The notes beneath the pieces are model-generated. The model was not told where the DNA came from. It saw nothing but the letters and a program-made list of their open reading frames with translations, and did not search any database. Positions 39,931-61,218 of a stretch of 64,000 bases of DNA are shown here, piece by piece. Source of the DNA: the human T2T-CHM13v2.0 reference genome, Homo sapiens; the NCBI RefSeq assembly GCF_009914755.1, contig NC_060925.1. One strand, 5' to 3'. Position numbers and translations under genes: made by a program. Numbering within the stretch: position 1 is the stretch's first letter; each line of letters opens with the position of its first letter.

Positions 39931-42230
39931 CTGCCAATTGCTGGGAAAGCTTGGTTCCATCCCAGTGCTCCTTGCTAGTGTGTCAGCTTGGATGATCACA
40001 TGCTCTTTCAGAGCTCCACTCCCCTCCTCTGTGTCTTCTGACAAGTTTGTTGAGAGGATTAAATAACATAATAATAAAAAGAAACATTTATTGGTCCTTA
40101 CTATATTCAGCACTGTGCTAAATGCTTTGTATATTTCAACTAATTAATGAGCATGCAAAGGCTCAGAACTGTGCCCGTGCTTGTTGATGAGGGAAAGTAG
40201 TTTTTCCTCTTTCTTCCCCATTCATTAATGTATTTGGTTTCATGGAGAGAATAAATGTGGGACATGTTCTTTTTTTTAATAATTAATATTATAGGTAGAA
40301 AAGAGCTGTTTTAGTCTATTTATATTATATATCACAGTGAATAATATTAGAAAATATATAACTTCTAAATTGGGTAATAAACTAAACTATGACTTGAGAA
40401 AAAAATCAGAAAATAATGTTGGGAAGTAGGGGATCAATTTTGGAATATCTTGAAAACTAGGCAAAGTAGACAGGACCTGATACAATATAAACTAAGGGAC
40501 CACTGGAGGTTTTCATTTCAGGAAATAACATGATAAAAGTGGTGCTTAACGTCAGAGGGTAGATAAAAACTTAAGTTGCATGAATTGATTAGGAAGCTGT
40601 ATCAATATAATCTGGATAGAAGATGATAAAGTCTAGATTAAATTTCTAATCAACTCTCATTTGCTCAAAATTCAAAAAGCAGAAAGCCCCAGTAAAAAAC
40701 ACTTTGTACATTTTAGTGCAAGGACTATTGATGTTCCCAATAATTACTAAAAGAATTCAGGATGCTTAAGTGACTTCTATCATAGGGATAGAACAATTTA
40801 TGTTCAGTCCTCTTTGAAGTCTTGTATATTTTAAGAAATAATCCTATATCATACAAATTTTAACCTACTTAGTATTTATAACAATTATCAGGTAGATTAT
40901 TGAAATAGGAACACCCCATTTCCTTTCACTGGACAAATGGGGAGTAATTTCATTATATTTACAAATTAAACGGTCTCTGTATCTGCTGATTTAGAAAACT
41001 TACAGGTAATTTACAAAGCATTTTCATACTTTTTTAAGAAAAGATTTTTCTTCTGTGTCTATTTATTTGATCTAGTGGTAAATATTCCTTGCCATATCAG
41101 AGGAGAAAACAGGCCCACATATTTCAGGTGACATTTTCTCTGGTTAGTGGAAAGTAGAATTGTGGATAGAAAATACCTAGAAAAAAGCTATCTGTGTCAG
41201 ATAACAACAGAGTGGTTTAAAAGAACAAGCCCCAGCAAATCATAGACTGAAAGAACAAAAAAAGAAACAAGAAAGAGATAATGACATGCCACAGAACAGA
41301 GGACACCAAGACCAAGGCTGGGCAACTCATTACAAGTACAGACATAAAACCTCCATTGGATACAAGGTCAAAAACAGAATTGTCACTTAGGACCTCAATT
41401 TCAGGAAACAAATCATATGTGGCCTAGACGTTGTCATGAAAGGTTATTTCTGGGCTTCTCATCAGATTTTTTATTGTATTTTTTGATTGATTGTCTTGGA
41501 TGTATAAAACAACAATAGAAAACCAGGCAAAATTACTGGCTATGTATTTAAATATAATAGGATTTAGACTCCAGCATTTTGAATCCTATAGAGCTTTTTA
41601 TACCCCAACACAGACCATTGTAACTGGAGTTTTAAAGGTTATGCAGAATTTAGAAAAAAACACACATTAATAGAAAAACGAACACATTCTCTCTTTATTC
41701 TATCTTCCTTTCTTATGTCTTTTATAAGCAAATGTTAAATGATATCCAGGCCTTTTTGATTCCCAGATTTTGGGAGTGAGATATTTAAATTGTCAAGATG
41801 CATGCTGAGGTCAATGAAAGACTGAAAGACTTTGTTATTTTGGAACACTGTTTTCTAATTCATTAACCCTAAGTTTAAATGGCATGGCATTCATATTTTT
41901 AGAAGTTTTTGAATAATATGCTATTGATCAACCAAATTTTAACCCATTATATCAATATTAAGATCCCCTTGCATGTGACAAGCAAGATAAATACTGCCCT
42001 ATTCTTTTAGAATTTATAGCAAAGATAGTTTTCTTCTTTCATTTTTTTTTCTGGTTCTAAAGCCCATATTCCTTTCTCTGATTTTGTTTTAAATCCCTCA
42101 GCTTTATTAAGGTATAATTAACAAATAATAATTGAATATATTTAAGGCACACAACATGACTTTATATACAAATATATTATATATTGATTAACACAATGAA
42201 ATTAATACATCCTTCACCACACTAGTAAAC

Positions 42231-42232
<2 letters not shown>

Positions 42233-42280
<48 letters not shown>
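42233..42280. repeat. (TG)~24 microsatellite
   Basis: Direct read. Confidence 0.97.
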
Positions 42281-42281
<1 letters not shown>

Positions 42282-43089
42282 AGAACACTTAAGATCTGCT
42301 CTGTAAGCAAATTTCAAGTAAATAATACAGTGTTATTAACTAGAGCTACTATGCTGTGCATTAGAACTTTCTCATCTTATAATTGAAAGTTTGTACTTTT
42401 GACCAACCCCAAACCATTCATCTTCTTCATTATTCAAGCCCCTGGCAACCACCATTCTACTCTTTGCTTCTGTGAGTTTGAGGTTTTTAGATTTCACTTG
42501 TAAGTGAGATCATAAGTATTTATTTTTCTGTGTCTGGCTTATTTCACTTAGCGTAATTTCCTCCAGGTTCATTCATGTTGAAAATGGCAGGATTTTCTTC
42601 TTTTGTAAGGCTAAATAATATTCTATTGTGTGTGTTTATATACACATTTGCTTATCCATTCTTCTGTCAACAGACACTTAGGTTGTTTCCATATCTTGAC
42701 TATTATGATTAATGCTGCAATGGACATAGGGGTGCCGATACCTCCTCAAGATTCAGATTTTATTTTCTGTGGGGGATACATATACCCAGAAGTGAGATTA
42801 TTGGATCATGTGGTCATTCTATTTTTACTTTATCGAGGAACCTCCATACTATTTTCCATGATGGCTGTAACAATTTACATTCCCACCAACAGTACACAGG
42901 GTTCCCTTTCTCCACATCCTTGCTAACACTTGTTATCTCCTGTCTTTTTGCTATTAGCCATCTTAATAAATGTGACAGAATATTTCATGGTGGTTTTGAT
43001 GTGCATTCTCATGATGATTACTAATGTTGAGCACCTTTGCATGTATCTCTTGGCCAATTTTATGTCTGCTTTGGAAAAATGTCTGCTAA

Positions 43090-43412
43090 AGTCTTAGTCT
43101 TTCTGTGCTACAATGACAGAACTACAGACTGCCTAATTTAGAAAGAAAATAAATTGACTTTTTACAGTTCTGAAAATTGGGAAGTCCAAGTTAAAGGCAC
43201 CAGCATTTGGTATCTGATGAGGGCTTTCTTGCTGTGTCCTCACATTGCAGAAGAATAGAAAAGCAAAAAACGCCAAATGCTGTGTGAAGTCCTTTTTAAA
43301 AAGCCTTACTCTCCTATTCATGAGAGCTCTACCTCCTAAAGGTCCAACCTGTTTATATTATTATATTTGTGATTAAATTTCAACACATGAATTTTGGACA
43401 ACATTCAGAACA
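43090..43412 (-). mobile_element. MaLR solo LTR (MLT1A/MST-like) inside L1M
   Basis: gtcttagtc...tgggaagtccaagttaaaggcaccagcatttgg...caacacatgaattttgga. Confidence 0.75.
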
Positions 43413-44344
43413 AAATTATGTTATTTTGTATATTTTTCTGTTGAGTTGTGTGAGCTCTTTCCTTGGTTCCTTCCAAGAATTTTGTGGTTTCAGGTCTTAC
43501 ATTTAAGGCTTTAATCCATTTCTGATTAATTTTTGTGTATGATATAAGAAAAGGGTCCAGTTTTATTCGTATGTGTGTGTATATCTAGTCTTCCCACCAC
43601 CATTTAATAAAAAGATTATCTTTCTCCATTGTGTATTCATGGTGCCCTTGTCAAAAATTAGTACACCTTATATGCCTGGGTATATTTTTGGGATCTCTAC
43701 TCTGTTCTGTTAGTCTGTGTTTATTTTTATGCCATTACCATATTGTTTTGATACTATACCTTTGTAATGTAGTTTGAAATTAGGAAGTGTATTGCCTCTA
43801 GCTTTGTTCTTTCTCAAGATTATTTTGGTTATTTGAGGTCTTTTGTGATTCCATGCATATTTTAGAGTTATTTTCTTTTATTTCTGTGAAAAAATGCCAC
43901 TAGAATTTTGATAGGAGTTATATCAAATCTGTAAATCGCTTTGGGTAGTATGGGTATTTTAACAATATTATTTTTTCCCATTTATGAACAGAGGATATCT
44001 TTCCATTTATTTGTGTCTTCCTCAATTTCTTTTTTTGTCTTTTAGTTTTCAGTGCACAGATTTTTTACCTCTTTGGTTAAATTTATTTCTAAGTATGCTG
44101 TTATTTTGGATACTGCTATAAATGGGATTGTTTTCTTAATTTTCAGAGTGTTTTTTGTTAATGTATAGAAACAATACTGGCTTTTGTATGTTGATTGATA
44201 TTGTATCCTGTAACTTTACTGAAGTTATTTGTAAGTCCTGATGTTTTTATTGGTGGAGTCTTCAGAATTTTCTCTCTATAAAATCATGTTATCTGCAGAG
44301 ACAACTTTACTTCTTCCTTTCTGATTTTGATGCCTTTCATTTAT

Positions 44345-50372
<6,028 letters not shown>

Positions 50373-51218
50373 CCAGTATGATCCTTTTAATGTGCTGTTG
50401 GATTTGCTTTACTAGAATTTTGTTCATCTTTGCATCAATGTTCATAAGGAATATTGGCCTATAATTTCATTATTTTGTTCTTATCTGGCTTTGCTATGAG
50501 GGTAATGCTCGTGAGTTTGAAAGTACTCCTTCCTAGTCAATTTTTTGAAAGAGTTTGAGAAAAATTTATATTAGTGTTTCTTTAAATGCTTGGTAGAGTT
50601 TACTCAAGCCATCTGGTCTGAGCTTTTCTTTGTTGGGAGATTTTTAACTACTGATTTAATTGCCTTACTCATTAGTGGTCTGTTCAGAATTTTTACTTCT
50701 TTATGTTTTTGTCTTGGTGGATTGTATGTTTCTAAGATTTACTCTTCTTCTAGGTTATCCAATTTGTTGGTGTATAATTGTTCATAGCAGTTTCTTAGGA
50801 TCCTTTGTAAATCTGTGGTACTGATGTAGAAACTCCTTTTTCATTTACGGTTTTATTTATTTGAATAATCTCTCTTGGTTTTTGGATAATCTAGGTAAAG
50901 CTTTGTTAATTGTGTTTATCTTTTCAAAAAACTAACTCTTAGTTCCATTGATCTTTTTGATCATTTTTCTAGTTTTTATGTCATTTATTTCTGCTCTGAT
51001 ATTTATTATTTCTTTTTGTCTGTTCACTTTGGGTTCAGTTTTTTTTCTCTAGCTCTCTCTTCAAGATAAAAAGAAAGGTTGTTTATTTCAGATTTTTCTT
51101 TTTTAATGTAGGCATTTATTACTCTAAGCTTCCATCTTAAAATTGATATTGTTGCATCCCATAAGTATTGTTATGTTGTGGTTCTCTTTTCATGTGTCTC
51201 AAGATAATTTTTGACTTC

Positions 51219-54200
51219 ATTTAAATTTAAAAAAAAATTTTCTGGGTATACAGTAGGTATATATATTTACTGAGTACATGAGATATTTTGATACAGGTGT
51301 AGAATGCATAATAATCCCATCAGGGTAAATGGGGGATCCTCCACCTCAAGCAGTCATCATTTCTTTGTGTTACAAACAATTCAATAATACCCTTTTAGTT
51401 ATTTTTAAATGTACACTAAATTATTGTTGACTGTAGTCACCCTGTTGTGCTATAAAATACTAGGTCTTATTTATTTTATTTAATTATATTTTTATACCCA
51501 TTACCCATCACAACTCCACCCCCCAACTACCCATCCCACACTCTGGTAACTATCATTCTACTCTCTATCTCCAGGAGTTCAATTGTTTTAATTTTTATCT
51601 CCTATAAATAAGTGAAAACATAAATAAGTGAAAAATAAACATAAATAAGTGAAAACGTAAGTAAGTGAAAAATAAGTGATTTTTTTGTACCCTAGAACTT
51701 AAAGTATAATAAAAATAAATAAAGAAAACATATGATGTTTGCCTGCCTTATTTCACCTAAGAGAATGATCTCCAGTTCCATCCATGTTGTTGGTAATGGC
51801 AGGATCTCAGTCTTTTTTTATGGCTGAATAGTACTCTATTGTGTGTATGTACCACATTTTCTTTATTCATTCATGAGTCAATGGACACTTAGGTTGCTTC
51901 CAAATCTTGACTATTGTGAATAGCATGGAAATAAACATGGGAGTCCAGTTATCTCTTCAATATACTGATTTTCGTTCTTTTGGGCTTATACTTAGTAGTG
52001 AGATTTCTGGAATATATGGAAGTTTTATTTGTAGTTTTTTGAGGAACCTCCAAACTCTTTTCTATAGCGGTTGTACTAATGTACATTCCCACCAACAGTG
52101 CCTGAGGGTTCCCTTTTCTCCACATCCTTGCTAGCGTTTGTTACTGCCTGTTTTTTAGGTACAAGCCATTTTAACTGGGATGAGATGAAATCTCATTACA
52201 GTTTTAGTTTGTATTTTTCTGATAATAAGTGATACTGAACATCTTTTTATATACCTGTTTGCCACGTGTATGCCTTCTTTTTAGAAATGTATATTCGGAT
52301 TTTTACCCATCTTAAAATCATATTATTAGATTGTTTTCCCTATAGAGTTGTTTGAACTCTTTATTCTGGTTATTTATCTCTTGTCAGATGGATAATTTAC
52401 AAATATTTTCTCATATTCTGTGGGTTATCTCTTCACTTTCATTGTTTCCTTTGCTGTGCAGAAGGTTCTTAACATAATATGATCCTATTTGTTCATTTTT
52501 GCTTTGATGTTTTAGGGTATCTACAAGCATCTGTGCTTGTAGGGTATTACTCAAGAGATCCTTGTCCAGTCCAGTGTTCTGGAGGGCTTACCCAGTGTTT
52601 TCTTTTAATAGTTTTATAGCTTGAGGTTTTAGATTTAAATATTTCATCCACTTGATTTAATTGTTGTGTATTGTGAGAGATAGGGGTCTAATATCATTCT
52701 TCTGCAAATGGATATCCAGTTTTCCCAGCACCATTTACTGAAGAAACTGTCCTTTCTTGAATGTATATTCTTGTCACCTTTGTCAAAATGAGTTCACTCT
52801 AGGCATGCGAATTTATTTCTGGGTTCTCTATTCTGTTACATTGATTGATGTATCTGTATTTATGACAGTGTCATGCTGTTTTGGTCCCTATAGCTTTGCA
52901 GAATAATTTGAAGTCAGATAATGTGATTCCTCTAATTTTGTTCTTTTTACTCAGGATAGTTTTGGCTATTCTTGGTCTTCGTGGTTCCATATAAATTTTA
53001 GGATTTTTTTTTTCTGTTTCTGTGAAGAATATCATTGGTATTTTATGGGGACTACATTGAATCTGTAGATTGCTTTGAGGGTAATATGAACATTTTAACA
53101 GTATTGATTCTTCCAATCCATGAACACGGAATATCTTTCCATTTTTATGCATCCTTTTCAATTTCCTTTATTAATGTTTTATAGTTTTTATTATAGAGAT
53201 AATTCACTTCTTTAGTTAATTACTAGGTATTTTATGTGTAGATATTGTAAATGGGATTACTTTCTTGATTTCATTTTCATATTGTTTACTGTTGGTATAT
53301 AGAGATGTTACTGGTTTTTTTGTGTTGATTTTGTATCCTGCAACTTTACTGAATCTTTAGGTTATTCTAAATACAAGATTATATCTTCTACAAACAAGGA
53401 TAGTATGACTTCTTCCTATCTAATTTGGATGCCTTTTATGTTTTTCTCTTGTCTTGTTACTCTTGCTAGACTTCCATTACTATATTGGATAACAGTGCTG
53501 ACAGTGGGCATGCTTGCCATGTTCCAAATATTAGTGGAAAGGCTTTCAGTTCTTCCCCATTGAGTATGATATTAGCTGTGTGTCTCTCACATATGACTTT
53601 TATTGTGTGAGGTATATTTTTTCTACTCCCAGTTTTCTAAGGGTTTTTATTATGAAGGGATGTTTAATTTTATCAAATGTTCTTTCAGCATTAATTGAAA
53701 TGATCACATGGCTTTTGTCCTTCATTCTGTTATGATGTATCACATTAATTAATTTGCATATGTTGAACCATCCTTGCATCCCTGGGATAAATCCCACTTG
53801 GTCATGATTAATAATCTTTTTAATGTGTTATTGAATTCAGTTTGGTAGTATTTTTGTTATGGACTTTACATCTATGTTCATCAGGGGTATCGGACTGTAG
53901 TTTTTTTTTTTTTTTTTTTTGATGTGTCTTCATCTGGTTTTGGTATTAGGGTAATACTGGCTTTTTAGAATGAGTTTGGAAGTATTACCTCTTCCTCTGT
54001 GTTTCAGAATAGTTTGAGTAGGGTTGGTATTAGTTCTTTAAATGTTTGATGAAATTCAGCAATGAGGCCATTAGGTCCTGGGCTTTACAGTGAGAATTTT
54101 TATTATGGCTTCCATCTCATTATTTGTTATTTGTCTGTTCAGGCTTTGGATTTCTTCATGGTTCAGTCTTGGTAGGTGATAAGTGTATAGACATTTATCC

Positions 54201-57153
54201 ATTTCTTCTAGATTTTTCAGTTCATTAGCATATAGTCTCATAGTAGCCTCTAATGATCCTTTGAATTTTTGTAGTATCAGTGATATCTCCTTTTTTATCT
54301 CTGATTTTATTTATTTGGGTCTTTTCTCTTTTTTGAATTAGTCTGGTTAAAGGTTTGTCAATTTTGTTGATCTCTTTGAAAAACTAACTTTTCATTTTTT
54401 CGATCTTTTGTGTTTTCTTTGTTTAAATTTCATTTACGTTCTGAACTTTTTCGAAGTTCTTTTCTTCTACTAATTTTGGGTTTGGTTTTCTCTTGCCTTT
54501 ATAGTTCTCTTATATGCATTGTTTGTTTATTCAAAGTTTTTTTTTTTCTTTTTCGATGTGGGCATTTATAGCTGTAGACTTTCCTGTTAGTACTGCTTTA
54601 GTTGTATCTCACAGGTTTTGGTATGTTGTGTTTTCATTATCATTTGTTTCAAGAAATTTCTTAATGTCCTTCTTAATTTTTTTAAAATTGATTTCTGGTT
54701 TTCAGTAGTATATTTCGTAATTTCCATGTCTTTGTATAGCTTCCAAAATTCTTATTACTGATTTCTAATTTTATTCCACTGTGGTCAGAGAATACAGTTG
54801 ATATGCTTTCTATTTGAAAAACATTTTAAAGACTTGTTTTGTGGGCTAACATGGTCTTTCATTGAGAATAAATTATGCGATGAGGAGAAGTATGTATATT
54901 CTGCAGCCATTGGATGAAATGTTGTCTAAATATCCATCAGGTCCATTGGGGCTATAGAGCAGATTAAGTCTGACATTTATTTGATGATTTTCTATCTGGA
55001 TGATCTGTCCAATGCTGAAAGTGGGGTATTGACCCTCCAACCATTATTGTATTGAGGTTTATCTCTCTCTTTTGCTTGAATAATACTTGTTTTATAGATA
55101 TAAGCACTCCAGGGTTAGGTACATATATATTTACAAGTGTTATATACTCTTGCTAAATTGACCCCATTATCATTATATAATTACCTTCTTTGCCTCTTTT
55201 TTGTAGTTTTTATTTTGAAATCAATTTTTTCTAATTTAAGTATGGCAACTCATGCTGTTTCCTGGCTTCTATTTGCATGGAATATCTTCTTCCATTCCTT
55301 TTATTTTCAGTCTGTTAGTGTGTTTTTGGGAAAAAGGTGTTTCTTGTAGGCAACAGATTGTTAGGTCTTTTTTTTTTTAAATCTATTCAGCCATTCTGTG
55401 TCCCTTGATTGGATAATTTAGTCAATTTACTTTCAATTGGATAATTTAGTCCATTTACATTCAATGTAAATGCATTTATTGTAGGACAGGTCTGGTGTTG
55501 ATAAAATCCCTCATCTTTCATCACTTGAAAGAAAAAAAGCTTTTATCCTAGAATAGTATATCTAGTGAAAAATGGAGAGAGTCACATGACATAATTAGCA
55601 GGTGGCAAAGCCATCCAGGCTTGTGTTCTTCTCTTCAAGATGACAAGTTCATCCCCGGCCCTCCCTGGTCCTAGGTGTGTCCAGAGTTGCTATCTGGGAG
55701 CCAGTGTCTAGAGTCAGAAAGCATAGTTTTCTACCTGGTACTCTATTTGGCTGCAGCTTAGCTGGCACCCCAGCCACAAGACAGAGTCCTTCCCACTCTT
55801 CCCTCCTGTTTTCTCCAGCAGAGGAGTCTCTCCCCATGGCCACCACTGCTCTAGGCCCATGGCAAGTACTTCATGGTTACTGCCAATGTTAATTCAAGGT
55901 CCTGCAGCTTTTCAGTCAACTTGTGGTGAACATTACCAGGCCTACGACTCTCCCTTCATGGCAGTGGGCTTCTCTTTGGCCCAGGGCAGTTTAAGAAACA
56001 CCGTCCAAGAGCCAAGGCCTGGAATTAGGGACCTCAAAAGGCCAGTTGGTACTCTATCCCACTGTGGCCAAGCTGTACCTAAACTGCAAGACAAAGTCCT
56101 TTTTACTCTTCCATTTCCTTTTCTTAGGCAGAAGGAGTTCCTCACCATGGCCACCACAGCTGGGAATGTGCTGGGTCACTCTGAAGCCAGCACCTTTCTG
56201 AGTCTTACCAAATGCCCGTGGCTAGTACTGCAAGGTACCACTACTGATTATTATGGGCTCAAGGACTCTTTAGTCAGCAAGGGATGAATCCTTCCAGGAC
56301 TGGGGCCTTCTTCTCAAGCAGCAGGTTCTTTTCTGGCCCAAAATGTGTCTAGAAATATCTGGAAACTAGCACCTGGAATAGGGACCTCAGGACCCTTTCT
56401 GGTGACCTTTCCTACTGTGGCTGAGCTGGTATCCAAATTGCAAGACAAAGTCCTCTTTACTCTTCCTTCTCTTCTCTTCTCAAGCAGAGGGAAGGAGTCT
56501 CTCTTTTAACTGTGAGCTGCCCTGCTTGGGTTGGTAAAGGGGTGGCACAAACAATCCTTTGGCTGCCCCAGCTGATGTCTAATTTGGTCATGTGCTCCCC
56601 AAGTCTACTGGGTCTGATTCCAGCACAGCACTACCACTTGCCTAAGAATTGCAGTCCTTGTTGCCCAGACTACTTTTCAACTTTATTTAGGACCCCAGAA
56701 CACTTCAGTCTGCAGTGGTGGGGCTTGTGAGAACTCAGGTTCCAACTGCTGGGATGCACGATTCCCCGCTGGGTAGGGCTGGTCCAAATGTTCCCTTGGT
56801 GGATGCCAGCTGAATTCTGCCTTATGTTGCTTTCTGCTGTAATGGGGAAACACTGAGTTCCAATGCAAAGTCCCACAGTTACTGTGCTCTCCCTTCTCCA
56901 AATGCACAGATTCTTTCTCTGCACCACATGGCTGCTGCTGAGTGATGGGGAAGGGGTGTCATTGATATTTCAAGACTGTCTTTCCTACTGTCTTCAATAC
57001 CTCTTTCAGTGATACGAAGTTAAACCCAAGTAATGTGCTCATTCACCTGATTTTTGGTTCCTATGAGGGTGCTTTTTTGTGTGTGGATATTTGTTTAATT
57101 TGGTGTTCCTGTGGTGTTGTGGAGGCTTCTATTCAGTCATCTTGCTCTGCCTC
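51219..57153 (-). mobile_element. L1MA2-4/L1PB-age element with both ends, ORF1 largely deleted
   Basis: L1MA-type 3' end at 51219, ORF2 relics, 5' terminus catcttgctctgcctc; TSD tttgacttc at 51210-51218 and 57154-57162. Confidence 0.85.
51687..51723 (+). mobile_element. Extremely 5'-truncated young L1PA tail
   Basis: tgtaccctagaacttaaagtataataaaaataaataaa is the terminal L1PA 3' sequence plus A-rich tail. Confidence 0.75.
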
Positions 57154-58044
57154 TTTGACTTCTTGTTTGACTTCTTAGATTTGTTGTTCAGAGTGTGTTG
57201 TTTAATTTTCACATATTTGTGAATTTTCCAGAATATATCCTGTTACTAATTTCTAGTTTCATATCATTGTGGTTGGAAAAGATATTTGATATTATTTCAG
57301 TCTTATAAAAATTTTTAAGGCTTTTTTTGTATCCCAACGTATAATCTATCTTGGAGAATATTCTGTGTGCATTTGAGAAAAATGTACATTCTGCTGCTCT
57401 TGTGTGGAATATTCTGTATATATCCGTTAGGTTCATTTGGTCTATAGTGTTCAAGTTGTTCAAATCTATTTCCTTACTGATTTTATCTCTGGGTAATCTA
57501 TCCATTGCTGAAAGTGCAATATTGAAATTTCCTACAATTACTGTATTGCTGTCTGTTTCTCCTTTTATTTCCATTAATATTTGCTTTATATATTTAGGTG
57601 CTTCCATGTTGGGTGCATATATATTTGTAATTATGATAGTCTCTGGATGAATTGACTTATCAAACAGTGACTTTCTTTGCCTCTTGTGACAGGTTTTGAC
57701 TGAATGTCTATTTCTTTATAAGTATATCCTGCTCCCACTCTCCTTTGGTCATAATTTGAACAGAATTTTTTTTTCATCCCTTCACTGTCAATGATGTGTT
57801 CCCTTGAGGCTAAGCTGTGTCTCTTATAGGCAGCATATAATTAAAGCTTTATTTATTTATTTATTCAGCAACCCTGCCTTTTGATTGGACAATTTAACTC
57901 ATTTACCTTCAAGGTAATTTTTGATAGGTAAAGACTACTGCTATGTTGTTAATTGTTTTCTGATCATTCTGTAAATCTTTTGTTCCTTTCTTCCTGTCTT
58001 TTTGTTTTTCTTTTGTGATTTGATGATTTTCTGTAGTGATATAC

Positions 58045-58210
58045 TTTTTAAAAATACATTTAACATTTTTAAAAGTTAATTTTTTATAAAATAATAGATG
58101 GGGTTTCATCATGTTGCCCAGGATTGTCTTGAACTTCCGGACTCAAGCAATCCACTCACCTTGGCCATCCAAAGTGCTGGGCTTACAGGAATGAGCCACT
58201 GTGCCTGGCC
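58045..58210 (-). mobile_element. FLAM / free left Alu monomer
   Basis: Monomer with ctcaagcaatcc (J/FLAM type); TSD tgtagtgatata and tgtagtgacata. Confidence 0.85.
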
Positions 58211-60567
58211 TTGTAGTGACATATTTTCATTCCTTTCTCTTTCTCTTTTGTGAATATACTAAAAGTTATTTTCTTTCTGGTTACCATGGAGCTTTCATAA
58301 AACATCTTATAGTTATTCTATTTTAAGATGATAACAACTTAATTATAATTGCATATGAAAAGTCTACACTTTTACTTCTGAGGTATTTTTATGATACTGA
58401 GGTCTTTACATCTTTTTATATTGAGTATCCATTAACAAATTATTGTAGCTGTAGTTATTTTGAATACCTTTGTCTTTTTACTTTTATTGAAGGATTGAAG
58501 GTCATATATACAATACAACATAATTACAGTATTAGAGTATTCTGAATTTGGCTATATATTTACCTATACCATTGAGTTTTATACTTTTATATATTTCATA
58601 TTGTTGCTTACCATTTTTTTGTTTCAACTTGAAGAACTGCCTTTAGTATTTCTTCTAAGGCAGATCTAGTGGTGATAATCTCCCTCAGCTTGTTTGTCTG
58701 GAAATGTCTTTATCTCTCCTTCATTTTTAAAGAATAATTTTGCTGGGTGTAGTATTCCTGGTGGACAGATTTTTTTTTTTCCTTTCAGCACTTCGACTAT
58801 ATACTACTTTTTATTATACTGTATGTTTACTGCTGAGAAGTTCAGTAGTAGCCTTATGGAGATTGCCTTTTATGTGATGAGTGTCTCTTTCTCCTGCTTC
58901 TTTCAAGATTCCCTGTTTGTCTTTGACTCTGGACAATTTGATTATAACATGCCTCAGGATATTCTTCAGTTTGAACATGCTTGGAGTTCTTTGAGCTTTA
59001 TCAATATGGATGTGCATGTATCTCCTAAGATTTGGGAAGTTTTCAACCATTATTTCTTTAAATAAACGTTCCTCCTTTTTCTTTTCTCTTCTTCTAATTG
59101 TTCTAAAAATTGTGTATTTGTTCACTTGATGATGTCCCAGAGGTCATTTATGCTTGCTTTGCTCTTATTCATTTTTCTTTGTGTGTTCCTCTAATTGGCT
59201 AATTTTAAACCACCTTTCTCCAAGTTTACTGAGTCTTTCTTCTATATGTTCAATTCTGATTTTGAAGCTTTCTATTTTAACTTTTTAGTTCTGTCATTGT
59301 ATTTTTCAGCCTTAAAATTCCTATTTGGTCATTTTTCATGGGTTTCCTTTCTTAAAGAAACTTCTAATTTTCTTCATGAGTGATTTTCCTTATTCTATTT
59401 AGTTGTCTATATGTGTTCTCTTGTGTAACACGGGAATTCTTTAAAATGATTATTTCAAATTCTTTGTCAGGCAATGCCTAGCTCTCAATTTCTTTGTGGT
59501 TACTAGAGTTTATTAGGTTTCATTTGGTGGTGTTATGTTTACCTGATTCATTGTTATCTGCGTAGTCTTGTGGTAGTGTCTGTGCATGTGAAAGAGAAAA
59601 CACATTGTCCAGTATCTACAAGCTGTATTGCAGGTAAAGACCTCTTGCTGGGTCCTTGTGATGATGGGATTGTCTCTGGAATTATAGTCAAGTGCAGTTG
59701 GAACAAGGACATGTGGCTGCTACTGAGGCTGCAGTGTGGTCTGTGGTTGGTAGGACTGCTATGAGGTACATGGATAGATGTGATTCCTTCTGGGTCCTGA
59801 GGAGAGCTTCCACTGGGTTAGTGGATGGGTTCTTGGGCAGGCAAGACTGGATTGGGAGTGTACCTGAGAGGGCCTTGGACCATGTCACAGGGGTATTTCT
59901 AAGTCTACAGTGAAGATCTAGGTCTGCAGGCCTGCCTCTGGGTCATGGAGGAGCATGCCTCCTGTGACGTTCCTGGGCAGGCATTAATGTTCCAATCCTG
60001 GCTTAGCAGGGGTGGAGCCAGGACATAGGGCAGCTTCAAAATCTGCAGTTGGGCCAATGTTGGGCCAGCCTGACTCTGGGAGTGCAAATAAGTATCTCAT
60101 CTGGTGGGTACATGGGCAGGCAGTACCATTTCCAAAACACAGCTAAGAAGGTGTGAAGCTAAGTTATAGGGTTATTTTAAGACCTGCTGTAAGACTGAAG
60201 TCTGTAGCCTTGCCTTTTGGGGGGCACAGAAGGGTGTGGGTCCTGTGGTGAAACCCTGGATTGTCAGGAATTCTCTCAGACCCCAGCTAAGAAGGGCTGG
60301 GGCCAAGTAATAGGGTTGTTTCAGGATCTACAGCTGGTACAGAATTTGGCTGGCTTGTCATCTGAGGCATGGGTGTGTGTGATTCATACCAGATATCTTG
60401 GCAGATGTTTCTAGTGACAAGACCAAAGGCAAGTGTGACTATAGCCAAGTACACAGGGGAGTGAGGTCAGTTCCTTGTCTGTGGCTGAGACTGCCGTTGG
60501 CAAGCCTGACACCTGGGTGTGGGCCTATCCTATCAAAACAGTCCTCTTCAGTATTGCATTCCACTAG

Positions 60568-60997
<430 letters not shown>

Positions 60998-61218
60998 ACC
61001 TCCCTCTCTTGAGAGACTTTTGACCAAGCTCCAAAGACATTGGTTGGGTGTTGCTGTTGTGGGTGGTGTGGGACACAATGTTTAAACGAAAACCCAAATG
61101 ATGAGTAGAAATTGTCAGATGACAAGACAGGGAAAGAGAAACCTAATTTGGGAGGATGTCTGTGGGCAGAGATGAGGCTGGATAAGTAAGAACTGTTCTT
61201 TAATTTGATAGAAAATTA

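Larger units (their letters stand above)
37862..41246 (-). pseudogene. Upstream candidate exons (37862-37945, 38032-~38090, 39072-39202, 41177-41246)
   Basis: 86-nt intron gtaagc...tttcctttag (37946-38031). 39202-39072 is open (MSAGGSVYARQIFRDKNYFNPNRELMVTTFKKADHQELMRLSG) and ends at |gtgagc. Very strong polypyrimidine acceptor at 41247. Confidence 0.35.

Noticed and set aside
51600-51690. Short repeated units as a CRISPR-like array
   Set aside because: Eukaryotic DNA, degenerate AT-rich units, no unique spacers and no cas genes.
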